Shown one piece after another: positions 1-13,000 of a stretch of 64,000 bases of DNA. The stretch covers positions 1 through 64,000 of the forward strand of contig NMRA01000625.1 in the NCBI GenBank assembly GCA_002633005.1, read 5' to 3'. Source of the stretch: Phoronis australis (lineage: Eukaryota > Animalia > Phoronida). How positions within the stretch are numbered: the first letter of the stretch is position 1; every line of letters starts with the position of its first letter. Position numbers and translations under genes: made by a program. The notes beneath the pieces are model-generated. The model worked only from the letters and a program-made list of their open reading frames with translations. It made no database searches and was not told where the DNA came from.

Positions 1-732
1 TTGACCAAAATAACTAATTTTCACTGTCCCAAACTGGAGAACTTTTGCAGTAGTTAGCGCTGTGCGGCCTAGATTACAAAACAAAAAAATATTTTGCAAG
101 TATTCCAAAAACGTCATGCCTGCAGCCAGGGGGATATCCAAAGGATGAAATCCCAACATTCACCGGTATTTGAGATTTTCCAATCGACATACATTGTCGT
201 GTAAGTCATATCAATTTGTTTCTAACTGGTTTAACAGAGTCTGCATCTTAACGACACGAGTATATAAGAAGGGAAACGTGGAGTAAGAGAGTAGAGTAGG
301 CGATGCAGGACAGAATGACCGCTTACGACTGGGGAGAACTGCTGATCGGGTGGGCTGCTGAAGAGCAAGCAAAAGGTCTCTTAACCAAATATATGGCATC
401 CCCATTTCCTTAGCTGGTTGCAGGACTGACCACCTCAGTGCCTGTCTACATGGGCTTTGATTTAAAGGCCGGGCCTCACCGTCTACTTTAAAAAGTGCAA
501 GAAGATTTACTAGGTATGCGCAATGTAGATAGGCCTACTTCAAAAACACTAGTACAAAATCAATCGTGTCATATTGGCCCATACAGTAATAATAGTTGGG
601 AGTTTCAGGAATGATTAATTTCCTCTTAGTAAAAGCCTGTGTTAGTAAATAATTGAGAAAGTTAAAACGTGGTTTTCGTTAATATCAAAATAAAAGGTCA
701 AAGTGAGTGCGTTAATACGAGAGAAATGGAGA

Positions 733-1065
733 TTAAGATGGGCTCATTCTCTTATCAACCCATTCCAATTCCCAATTCAGAATAGCTTTTCGTTGTGCCA
801 CATCCTTCGCCTCTTGCGCGAGAACCGTTTTGGATTTCTTCTCCTCTAGGTCTTTCGGATCTCCGACAGCGTACGGCGTGAGAGCAGGTCGGGCCTTTTT
901 GGGACAAACAGTACCAGCCCAGATGTCAGCAGAGTTGACAATGGAGCTCATGATCATGTTTTCTTTGATCTCGTATGCTTTTTTGTTTACTGACTTCATC
1001 TTAGACAGCGAAGGTGAGAAGTAGACCTTGATCAGGTCGACCTTTGTGTTGTAGGTCATCATAAT
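733..1065 (-). CDS. Copy A exon 21 (terminal, ends VDKRMSPS*)
   Basis: Acceptor tttcag|ATT, stop TAA at 733-735. Confidence 0.85.
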   Translation of the reverse strand: MMMTYNTKVDLIKVYFSPSLSKMKSVNKKAYEIKENMIMSSIVNSADIWAGTVCPKKARPALTPYAVGDPKDLEEKKSKTVLAQEAKDVAQRKAILNWELEWVDKRMSPS

Positions 1066-4000
1066 CTGAAACGGAAATTTTCATATTTTTGTGCTGTTGT
1101 TGTTTTATTTCTGACAAACTACCGATTTCAGCATTCATTCACGTAACTAGTAAGGAACTGATGTAGATATTGGTTAAATCGCCATTTTGGTTTGAAATAA
1201 AAATATTGCGCGATTTCCTTACCAAGAAATTCTGAGCTGCACTCTGAAAATGAGCTCACTCAAGTTGGAAACAACCCATGTGATAGCAGCGATATTATGA
1301 AAGAAATAAATCAATTGCTGGAATATAGGATTCTCATTTAGCGACGTTGCGACCGCAGGTCGCGGACTTCAGTTTGGCCCCGATGTTTTGGCCGATAGAA
1401 GGAACCTTTGCCAAGACTTCTGACCCACATGAAGGAGAACACTAAATGTGCATGACTCCGTTAGAATATGAATGATTTAAAGTCAGATTTAGGAATCATG
1501 AACTTTACAGAAACCACAAGTTTCGGTGTCGTCTCGAGACCTTCGTCGGGTGGAATGGTGAGTAACTGGGGCCACGCCTGTGTCTGTTACGTCATCAATG
1601 TCGTGGGTAATGCGACGTGACCTCTGTCGGTTGGTCGGGAATAAGTTCTGCTGGGTGGTGGGAAGACCGTAGCTCGAGTGTCTACTAAGGGATGGAGCGT
1701 GTCCCACTTACTCGCCATTCCATCCGACAAAGGTCTCGAGATTAGATCGAAAGCTAGTGGCTTTAATGAAACCCATGACTCCAAAAGATAACTTTATATT
1801 ACTCAAGTCTTATGAAGTTTATTGAGTGCAAGGTAAGGACGTTCAGTGTTCGGACAATTTATTCGGTGAAACAAAACAGTCCTTTTAGATATATATAAGT
1901 CACCGTCGTCGTCTCAATTATGGGACCACAGGTGATTCTTCTGCTTTTAGGCACCTGTGCAGTACAGGGCAAAGTTTTAAAACAAGGGACGTTATGTCAG
2001 TCAAGCATTTGTTATACAGGCTGATCAAATTGTCTCCAGCCGCCCAGGGGTGCCACCAGGGGGGAAGGTCATCCCACCCCATAGCTGGTTCACTGTTGAC
2101 TGTCATTGCCTCATACAAGAAAACTTGAATACTCAAAAACGATGTCGGGTTCCGATGTCGTTCTGATTTTAAAAACACGTTTAGGAGAAAATCAAGGACT
2201 CAAAGAAACAGCACTGCCTGTGCACATGATCCAAAGGATTTTTCAAAAAATGTTAAATCCTGCATTCATTTGGCAATAAGTTGTTCAATCACACCAGAAA
2301 GGTGACAAGGCTATTTTGAGTCTGCAGTCCAGGGTGACAATTCCAGTAAAATCGATTTATCTGAGACTAGCAATAAGGAATTGCAAGAGCACTCTATTGA
2401 TTGTTTTGAATGTTCGTGTGGTATGCCCCAGCAATGCCGAATTTAATTACTATTTCCTGTTTTGCTTCTCTGATGGAAATGTAACTGGTTATATTCACGT
2501 TTTATGTACATAGGCCTACAACAAAGAAAGAACAATATTGTCAAATGGCAAAAGTGATTTTAAGTGAAATTGAAATTTGTTGAATCCAATCTAAAAAGTT
2601 ACTTTTGACAACATGGTTAAATTCATACAGGGTGCAACATCACTCCAGAGCTCACGTTCATTTCTCTGTTCACCTCTCTATTAACACAATAAAAGATTTA
2701 TTTTCGTGCCTTTTAATATAAATCGAAAATGAAGTCAAGATCACCAAATTCAACTTTTACTAACGCCTGGAGATGGTCTAACTTACGCTTACATTTCACC
2801 GTGTACCCCAAAAGAGAAACTTGGAATATCATACCGTGTCTTTTTTCATGATCAAGTCGAATTTTTACTCGTGTCCTACTCAGACATTTAAAAACACAAC
2901 AGTACTTCTCTAGAATAATCGTGCTTAAGTCGAATCTACGTTCTTTGCATTTCCTCTTTTCTGTTTTCATGTGCGTTGTTAGCCATTGTTCGTTCTCAAA
3001 ACTATTTCATTTGTACTATGGTACTGACGAAGAGCGGTTGGAGCGTACAGACATTTTAATAAATATCACGGACATAGCCGTTTTTTTGTATTTCTCCTTT
3101 CAGCTCGTCTCACACGTCGTTATGGTTTCACCGCTATTGTACTGATGACTTTTATGTACCCTGTGTTTCGCGTGACGAAACAAACAACAACTCTAAAGCG
3201 GTAAGAGTTGGTCATAAACTCACCAAATCTGACGGCTTCCAGCCTCAACTTACCTTCATCAGCTTTTTCATGATCCCCAGGTCTCCGTACTTGTCAATAA
3301 ACAAAGTCACGTTTCCTTTAGCATTCATGGCTAACATCTGATGTATCATTTCCAGAAGCGGGGAAGGGTTTTTCTCACCATACAGTTCAATTTCAATGCT
3401 CTTATCCCTATTCGGCTTGTACCGCGCACGGATACTTGGAGCTGAAATGTGGTAAAAAAAACTCAGCTGAATACAGCTCATTGTGCACGAGCAACATCTG
3501 AAATGAAGATGGAGTTTAAAACGGGCTGTAATGGACGACGGGAAGATTCTCCACCGTTGGTTTGATTTTTTGCAGTTTGTAGTTTGCGATTTCGACTTGA
3601 CCTAATTAGCGCTTCATAGGGTTCACAAGAATCGCAAATTATCACTATCGTCGGGATAAGAACAGAGAAGTCAAGATTAGTAACATATAAGTTAACTTAA
3701 TGTACTACCTGAAAACTTCCCTATTCAAACTAGCAACCAACATTTACCAATGGCGTAAATTTATCAGGCGGAGTTTTCGTCCTCTACTCGCTATTTAAAG
3801 AGTAACCTGCATGTTCAAAGAGAGCATTGTAGAAACCATGCGCGCACCCAGGGGGGAAGGGCTCGGACGAGCCCCCATTTGGCGAAGTGGGCAAAAAGTT
3901 CCACCTCAGAGAAACAAAAAGTCCGAAAAAACGAGACAAAAAACACTAAAAAGGCACAAACGCAAAATTAGCAGAACGTGGTACCCCGTTTTTTAGTCCT

Positions 4001-7000
4001 CCCGCTTTTTTGTTAGTAAAAGGTCCACATAGTCAGAAATTCGAGCCCCCCATATTGAAGGCTGGGTGGGCGCATGGAAACTATCAAGTTTTTTTTCTAC
4101 TTCCATCGACATGGAACTCTGCCTGTCTTATTCAAAGTACCTTGGTTGAGCCAAAGGTGTCATTGATGTGATCTCAGACTTTGCTTGAATGCATGAAAAT
4201 ATCTCAGCCAAAATTTGCGTGACCTTGCGTTTTTGCGAGTTTTTACTGAACGCCCGTTTCATGGCACTGATATTTATGGTGGACATCTGGCCACACACTT
4301 TCTGCGAAGGGGGTTAAATGCTATCTACCACGTCATTGCACACGTGCCACGCGTGGCCTACGTGCGTGTATTGAAACTGGCTCCGTAGAATTGCCTAGTG
4401 AGTTTGTGGACGAATTTTGCCTAATCGTTGGGATATTTGGTGCAACAGGGTCGCAACGCCTCCGGCGGTTGCACTCTCGTTCCCATAAAGAAACCATGTC
4501 ACCACTTTTCTAGAGAAAATGCATTACAGAGGGCACGGCTGTTAAAGTCACGCCTACATTTCGATCACCTAGTCCGTGACTCAAGAGCCCTGGTTATAAA
4601 GCCTCTATTCACTGATGGATTCCAATCCTGAATACGGCCGCGGGAAAAGTTGCATAATAAGGTATACGCTAAACACGTGTCATCTTGTTATTGTTGAAAA
4701 TTGCACCTGACGTCATGCAACAATCAAAGTTATCCAGCGGATAATTTTGAAGGTTTATGCAACCCAGCCCAGGAGTTCCTAAACTTTATCAGCAAAATTA
4801 GAATACAGTTTGTTCAACATGCAATACGAACGATGACAATGCAAGAAAAAACAGAATGTCTAATGATACTTCGCCCTAACCGCTTTGTCGCGAACTTACA
4901 TTGCAAATGCTAATGAGCTTAAAAGAACATAAACGTACCGAAAATGCCAAACAGTTCCGTTTTTTCCACACACAGGTATTTTCTGTCGTCACAGGCAAAC
5001 GAACTGACACTGTCGATCGCTGATTCGGTATTCATGTTGTAAATGCTTAACTTGTCTAGATTCCCGAATGGATTACCAGAGTTGTTCTTGTAAAAGTTCA
5101 AGAGGGTCATACAGTTCTCTACTTTCCTCGTCCAAACTGGCCCTGGAATGTTAAATATAACTATGATAAGAGTATTCCAGTACAAGGATAGCTCATTGCT
5201 AAAACTCAGACGCCCTTATGAGACATCCGTTCCCCGTGGTGTTCGACTTCCAATTCAAAAGCCATTTTGCCTTCCGAATGATAGTGCTTGCCAGCCATTC
5301 GATAGTACAAGTCTGAATTTTACACGTTAGTGGAGGGCTCAAGTGGGCGTATTAATTACGGATATGTGGACGGCTAACTAACCAATCACTTTACGAGATT
5401 GTTGACGTAATCTTGTGTATGTACTGGCTCCAGCCATCGGCTCTGAAATCGGAAGCCGTGTCAATATAAAAGTTCGCCTAACGCGTAAACGAGTAAAATC
5501 TATGCGTGCTTACGCATAAACGTGTAAAACCAGCAGGCATTTATGCGTAAATGTGTAAAACCCGCACGCGTTATCTACTGACAGGCTTGGAATTCCATAG
5601 TCAAGGTCACTTGATGCTAAATTTATCAATCACAAATGCAAGCGAAGCTTTTAGTCTTAGGCCTACACGCGTTTTGTAAAGTATACTTCAGCATCTAACC
5701 TTCGTTGCATTCATTGCAATCGTCAACGAGACATCCCATTAGTGCCTTTTTCACTTTTGCGTAGTCTCGATGGCTGGTAGTGAGCTGAGCTTTCTTTTTT
5801 AACATGTCTTCCACCCTCTTCATCTGTTGCTTTCTGTAAGATTGCGTCTTCTTGCAAAATTCGGGGGAGTACTTCTTTTTGGTGCAATCGAGGTCGGCAA
5901 AACTGGAAGTTAGAGGAGTACAAAATCGAGTTTGCATCGAAACAAGTCAATTTAATGTTTAAAACTCATCACAGTTGGCTTCGAAGCTTGAAAAGCCACT
6001 TAATGTTACTCTGACACGGGCATGAGCCTAAAGTCCTAATACCCAGGGTTAATCTAGTTCAAACTAGAAATACATACATTGTACACAAGCTGAGTAAATT
6101 GTGTGCCTAAACAGTAACCAGTTAACACAATAAGGGACTATTCTTTTTTAGATCTCTGCAACGATTGCACTGACGCTTCGACACTGCTGAACTGCAACGT
6201 GAAAGCAGTTCTGTTTATTACATTGAAAGCGCTTTTCATCAATTTGATACATTTGATTTAGGAGACTACTCTGAACGGTATTTAGACCTTTTAGTCGGTT
6301 TTATAAAACAAAATTAACAATTCTTCAAACCCGAAGTTTGGCGCTGTGAGCAGGTCGCCCAAAGCAAACAGCTGTGTGTGCGAGCGGCTGAATCGTCATC
6401 GTGTTCTCAACAAGAACATGTAAATCAAATCTCTTCCATCAAGTAACTTAGTAGATAGAGGCAGAGGGAAAAACGTCTCTGTTGTAGTCGGACTTGCTGG
6501 AAGCCATCTGCCACATTTCATAACGATTCTAGCCGAAAGATCGAGAGGCAGTCGGCACAAAAAAAGAAATACTTGTGGGAAGCAAAATTTTGATGTGCGC
6601 ACCATGCTTGGAGAATTTTCATTTCACCGAGTTACTGAACAACTGGTCATTTCGATTTTAGATTGCATATTTTGACACTTTGGACGCGGAGACCCCGTAC
6701 TTACAATCCAGCATCTGTCTTAAAGTTGAAATAGTAGTTCTCTTCCCCTAGCTTGAAGGTACACGCTGTATCGACATCAAGAGCAGAGATAGCCGGACCA
6801 CCTAAAACGCGAACGTACATGGCAATTTCATTTAGTTTTTGGTCTACCTTGGTAAACAAAGCACGCGATGAGACAAGTGTTCATACAAAAGCCGAAAAAT
6901 TTACTGCGCCTTTTTGACGGAACTTTTTCCAAAAGGAATCAAAGTGAGGCATGGTAAGCAAGTTTCCTATAACAATCATGGATTTGCCTTTTCTAATCAG

Positions 7001-10000
7001 TTTGATTATACAGTATTTAGGTAACAAATGTTGCTAAGCACGACATCTCATTTGCCCTGAACAGTCAATTGGATGCAGTCGGATCTAGCATCAAAAGATT
7101 GTTCAATAGGGAAGGCGTACACTCGCTTGTTGAACAGCTTTTTGCGAACTCACGCGAGGTCTCGTGATCACTCTCTGTACCACGATCGCTTAGAAATCCA
7201 ATGCACACACTGACACCGAATGCAAAATTTGACTGCTGCCTGTTGAAGATGCTGTCCACGAAAACAGTTAAGTACGAATGGGATATGTTTACCATGCTCA
7301 GGTCGGCTACGCTACGAGCTCAACATTGATGCTGACTGCTAGGAAGCAGAATAAAGTTTGCAAAAAATAATTTTCAACACTTGGCACGTTTGTGGTAATT
7401 TAGAAAACTTACCACTTGTCCCGAAAATATCCTTGATCACATTCCATGAGCCTGGTTCATGAAACTTTTCCCATCTTAACGTAGCCTCAAATCAGTTTTA
7501 TGAAAAGGGCCCCGTGTATTTTTGGATTCTCTTTTGTTATATGCCCACATATTTATTATGTGGGTACATTATTGTATTAATAAAGCTCTTGAGAAAGTAC
7601 AATTTCCTTCCATTTTGACACTTTACCTTGAACAACCTTTAGCCATTTTTCTAGTTCAGTGACGACTTTCGCGCTGCCGCCATCGTGAGTCCACATTTTG
7701 GCCTGCACCGACGGCGGATCTGTCCATGGCTTAGGGCGGAAGTCGAAATATAATTCGTTCTTATGGACACCAATTCCCAACATACGCTGTTGAGGATTAA
7801 TTTGGTTGCCACAGATTTTAATGACAGCCTGAAAATAAACAAATTATTTTCATTCACTTTGATTAGCAAAATTTGCAGCGTCTGTCATTCTGTACGTGTT
7901 CTAAATGTTGCCTCTATAGATACGCCCAAATGACCACAACATCCCACTGTGTCCAGTGGACCGGCATTCGCTGCTCAAATGGTCACGGCACGGCTGTGAC
8001 TATTTGGATCGGCATTCACAGACAACATGATCAAGATGTCCAATAACGTCTGGATGTAAATGTTTGATGTTTGACTGAACGCCGTTACCTTGACAATTAT
8101 CTAATTGTCAGACACGTTAGTCACTCAACAGCGATTGCAATATCAGAACCCCGATCTCTTCAACTTGAAGAGCGATGTCCATTAGGTGAAATCTAGGGTA
8201 ATTTGACCCGACAGGTTTTCAGTTTTTACCGTCCAAAGTGAAGTTTGGACTGCCGGTGGAAATGGCGGACCTTGCGATAAGAAAGACGGACTCACAAACA
8301 GGAAGGAGGGGTATGCAATGAAAAAGAGGGGGTTGTGAAAGTAGTGCCATTGCTTGATTTATTAGTACGCCATTAAAATCTGCTGTGGTTATCAGATTTT
8401 GACGTGACCACCGTTATCGATGGATACTTCAACAACAGTGTAAAATGAAGGTCGAACCATATATTTTCGGGAGTTGGATTGAACTTTTACAAGAAAAGTT
8501 AGCTTTCTATTTTTTCATGTGATATACATCTTTAGCCATATGTCGGCTAAGTGAATACGGATTTTTAAAACTGCATCGTTAAAACGATTGACACGCAACA
8601 TGACAGCGACTTCGGGTACAGCGACTCGGATTGCAAAACGGCGAAATGGCCACCGGTCCTTTCCATCACAAACCCATTATTTTTCTCACCCGTTCTTCCT
8701 ATTTGTTAATCGATTCTGTCGGCGTATCAGGATTACTCCTGCCCATTTCTCTTAGTCCTTCTCATTTTCCGCCCGTGCTTTCTTTCGGCAGTCCCAGCTC
8801 CAAATAATGTGAATGACAAGGCTTGATTTTGCGGATTGGTTTTGAGAATGTAAAACGCACTTCATTGAAATCGTGACAACGAGATGGACTATGTAGGAAG
8901 TACAATTTAGAACGAAAAATTATTGGAATCGAAAAGTCATACATAATATTCCAGGTATCAAATAAACTAACCTTTCCAATTGTTATGAGTTCAGTTTCAC
9001 CTGTCGTTCCCTTAGCCATTTCAACAATTACAGCGTGGCCAGACTGGTGACGTATCTTCTCTTCATCATGCTTTGTTTCTCGATTCTTCTCGTTGTCCAG
9101 CTGATTTCTAAATCCAGCTGTCACCCGGATGTTGAGGCCGCCTTTCGCTATGAGATTGCCGACGCATTCAACGAGGTACTGGTCGATCCTAGCAAACCGC
9201 TCCTCGGTGAAATTCTTTAGTGTTAAATTGCCGACAAGTTTGGTTTTTTCATAGATTGACGAGTCAAAAAACTGGCTAAGGTATGGTTCCTTTTTAGGAT
9301 CAATTTTTCCACACCATGGAATGTTCTCATCGCATCTGCCTGGATAGGCGTACTTGCCGTTGACGGCGAAAAAGCCCGGTCTTGACGCTTGTAATTGTGC
9401 CGTTGGAAAAGGCACAACAAATGAACGAGGTTTGTTTTCTCTCTTGACGCACACCCAAATGACCTGAGGTTTAGGAGGAGGAGGGTACTCGACAAAGTCA
9501 AAGCCGGCACATTGAGCAAGCTGACCCAACTGAACGAGTTTACCTACGCCATCACTCCCTGTCAACTTGAGCCATAGTGCCCTGTAATCAGAAACGAGTA
9601 GCTACAGAGTTTCAGCTTTGCGTTGGGTAAAAACAGCCGATAAACATAATGAGTGTTTGTCGAAAAAATGGTTTGCACATGCCCATTACGCCTGGCCTCA
9701 AGCTTTCAGACACAAGCTGGATACCCACGGATACAACATTGATGTCGTCGCATTGCAACTGCAAAACTCTTCTTACCGAGGAAACTCTAAATCGCAGGAA
9801 CAATTGTGTTTTGTCCCATACTTGTTGAATCTGTAGAGTGCAATACGGCCATGTAATATTATTTTCCGTATTCACCTCCCGCACTATTTCAACAGTGACC
9901 TATGACATGCAAAGTTCAAAAGGTAGGTCAATGTCGACTCGACGTTGTTAGCCGATTCGATCATCAAACTTTCCGAAAATATTTTAAAGTAATACAATTG

Positions 10001-13000
10001 CAGCAAGGTAAATACCATTCAACATGCAATCAGGTCCCAATCGTAACATCTAGAACAGGACTGATCATTATATGACAGTTCTGTCTCAGTTTTCAATTGC
10101 TAAATATTATATCTTCAGTAACTCAGGCGCCGATTTTTCGGTATCTACAATATCAAATGTTGTTGTTATTTAACTATTTTCAATAGATGTTACAAGTTCA
10201 ATGCACAGTTACCGTTGTTTTCATCTTTGTTCTCTCTTTTCAAGTAATAAATCGTAACATTTAAAACCGTTTCTTTCGCGTATCGACCTCGACCTTCGGT
10301 CTCGGTTGATACGCGGAATAATGTCTCGTGGGACATTACTTCATGCACGCCACTCGGTACGTTTTGTGTATGCATTCATATCCATGTAACATCATCTGGC
10401 AGAGTGAAAAAGAAAGACAAAAAATGGATAAGTTCCGCAGAGTAGTTATGGCGGGGTTCTATTCAAGCGAGGAGGCTTCGTAACAGTAAATCTGTCAAAA
10501 TGTGGGGTAATAATAAACAATTTGTTATGTTACGTGTACCCTTACTCCAAGCATGATTCCCCTTACAACGGCGAAGCAACAGCAACTTCCGTGTGATAAA
10601 GCAAACGTTTTTTAACCTAGGAATCGAAGCAAAGCCATTCACGTCATTCACAACACCGTACCATCCTCGTTGTCACGTGACTATGCGTTTTTTGTGAAAA
10701 ATTGGTTTTGAAACGCACATTGATGGATAGAAAGTCCACCAGCATTGATCAATTTCTCTTCAATTAAAATTTGATAAGAAATTATCAGAAACCGTGTCTG
10801 AGCAATTTTTCGTAAATAGAGCCGATTTTGTAACCCAAAATGTGTTATCTTAATAGAAACCCAAATGCCAGATTTCATAAAAATCCGTCAAGGAGTTTTG
10901 TAAAGAGGCAAGCGTAAAAAATGAAATATTGCCACCAGAGGAGACAACGGTAATAGAATCCGCCAAAAGTTGCCGTAATCCCTTGTTACCTTCATACAAA
11001 GATACCATAGTGCACATCTGCATGTACAAAAATTCATGAACGTCCTGCAAGGGGTTTAGGAGATACAACAGCCGGGATGCTTGACAACAGGACCATCTGG
11101 GTATAGCCAGATTGGTCAGTTATTAAATTTGTTAGGAATGAAAGTGCACATGGAAAACAAATAACACCTGTCTCGGTGATCTGGTGCGCTTCTTCGAAGC
11201 GGCATTTGTTTAACGTTTGTTCTCAAGTGACTTTTTTATTGTTGTCAACATTATAAGTGTGTCGAAATACGTAAAGACCCAGTGTTGCCATTCGATAGTA
11301 TCACGATTAATCTCAACACCCCTAGTAATTCATTGGGTCATCTGAAGAACTGCACGTCAATCTAAAGGTCAGAGCTATTGGAATACTTTTGTTCAATAAG
11401 GCTTGGAAATGTTTAGATCCAGTACTTGTCACTAACCCGCATGCATGGTATATGACAGCGATTATGAAAATTGATTTTACAACGATGCGTACATGTGGAT
11501 TCTCAGGGTTACATGGAGAGTACTTTGAAGCTGTTCATGACTTGGATAATTTAGACAGCCTTTGACGCAACTAGAGTTCACTTAACCGTCGGGGTGTATA
11601 AAGGGATCCTGTGGGCTGTGGCTACCACTGTCCCATACCCCCAAGCCAGTAGAATTGCCTGGTGGATGGCGAGAACTACGATTCTGCTCAGAAGGACTGT
11701 TGGTAATATTTGCGACTCCATGACTACCTTTAGTGAAAATGTGTAAAATTTTGTGGCATAAATAAAAAGCTACACCAAATGTTGTTTGAGCAAACAGTTC
11801 GCGAACAACTCACACAAGACGTCTGTAAATTGTACTCAGAGACGGACTGTTGGTTTGATTGGTAAGTCCATGGCCATGTACAATTATGATGTTCATAGGT
11901 TTAAAATTCGCAAGCAACTCACGAAAAGTGTACTCACTGTGCCGTGCGATGGTGCGAATTTTCGTTTTTCCAGGTTCCCCACTTGAAACCAGCAGTCGCC
12001 GTTGGCTCATCCCACGCAAACTCAACAACCAGCTTGTTGGCTCCACTCCACTTTTCTTCAACAAGCTTTGCCAAACGACGGAGCCTAAAAAGCGGAAGCC
12101 AGCATTGGTGGACAATCACAAGTCAGGAAAATATACGAAGGCAACGCCAAAAATACTGCAGTTACGTTGATTCTTGTTTGTTTATCAAAGGGTACGTGTT
12201 ACACAATTTAAACCTTTTATGAAGCAACATGAAATTTGTCATTTTCATACCACTGATAAGAGTGATTTCCGTACGCAGATAAAACCCGACTGAGTGCCAA
12301 TTGTACTTCCATACATGGATCTTTACAATTATTAAACATGGACCAGTAGCAAAACAGTCTACCTGAAAGCCAGCCTGTGCGTCATCACACGATCTCTACA
12401 ACGTTTCGAAGGAGATACACTTGCACCTCCGCTGTGGGTTCTACAGTCGATGCAGCTTCTGCCCGGCATTCCGCACCAGGCGTCGTCGCGCTTTGGGTTA
12501 GTGAAGACGACATCGTTATATGGATAGTAGTATAAGCTAAATAAAGAGAAATAAGTCAAGTTAAAAAAACGGCGACGATGACTTGTTGACTGTAGGGATA
12601 TTGTTGTTCACGATGGTGACATACTGACAGTGCTGGTAATGGCGAGTATGAGCAATTCAATGTCGTTAAATGTAACGACACCATGCAACTGTGAATAGAG
12701 CGATGGCCGTGAGAGGGACGTGGAATTACGACGGTTCGTGGTGAAAGTATTAAAACAATAAGGAACAAATGACAATCATTGCCTTATTACAGTAAGGGGA
12801 ACATTGCCCAGCACCTAACCCCTCCTAGTCGAAAGAATATATAATTGTACTTGCCACTATAATAAACAAATACATACAACTATATAAATTGATTTTGACA
12901 TTGTTGGAGCCCTTGGCAAAAGATGCACTCCTTAACATCAGTGAGGGTGTTTATAATTTCACAGAAACAGTTAATTTCATCATCTGGTGTCTAACCTCGT

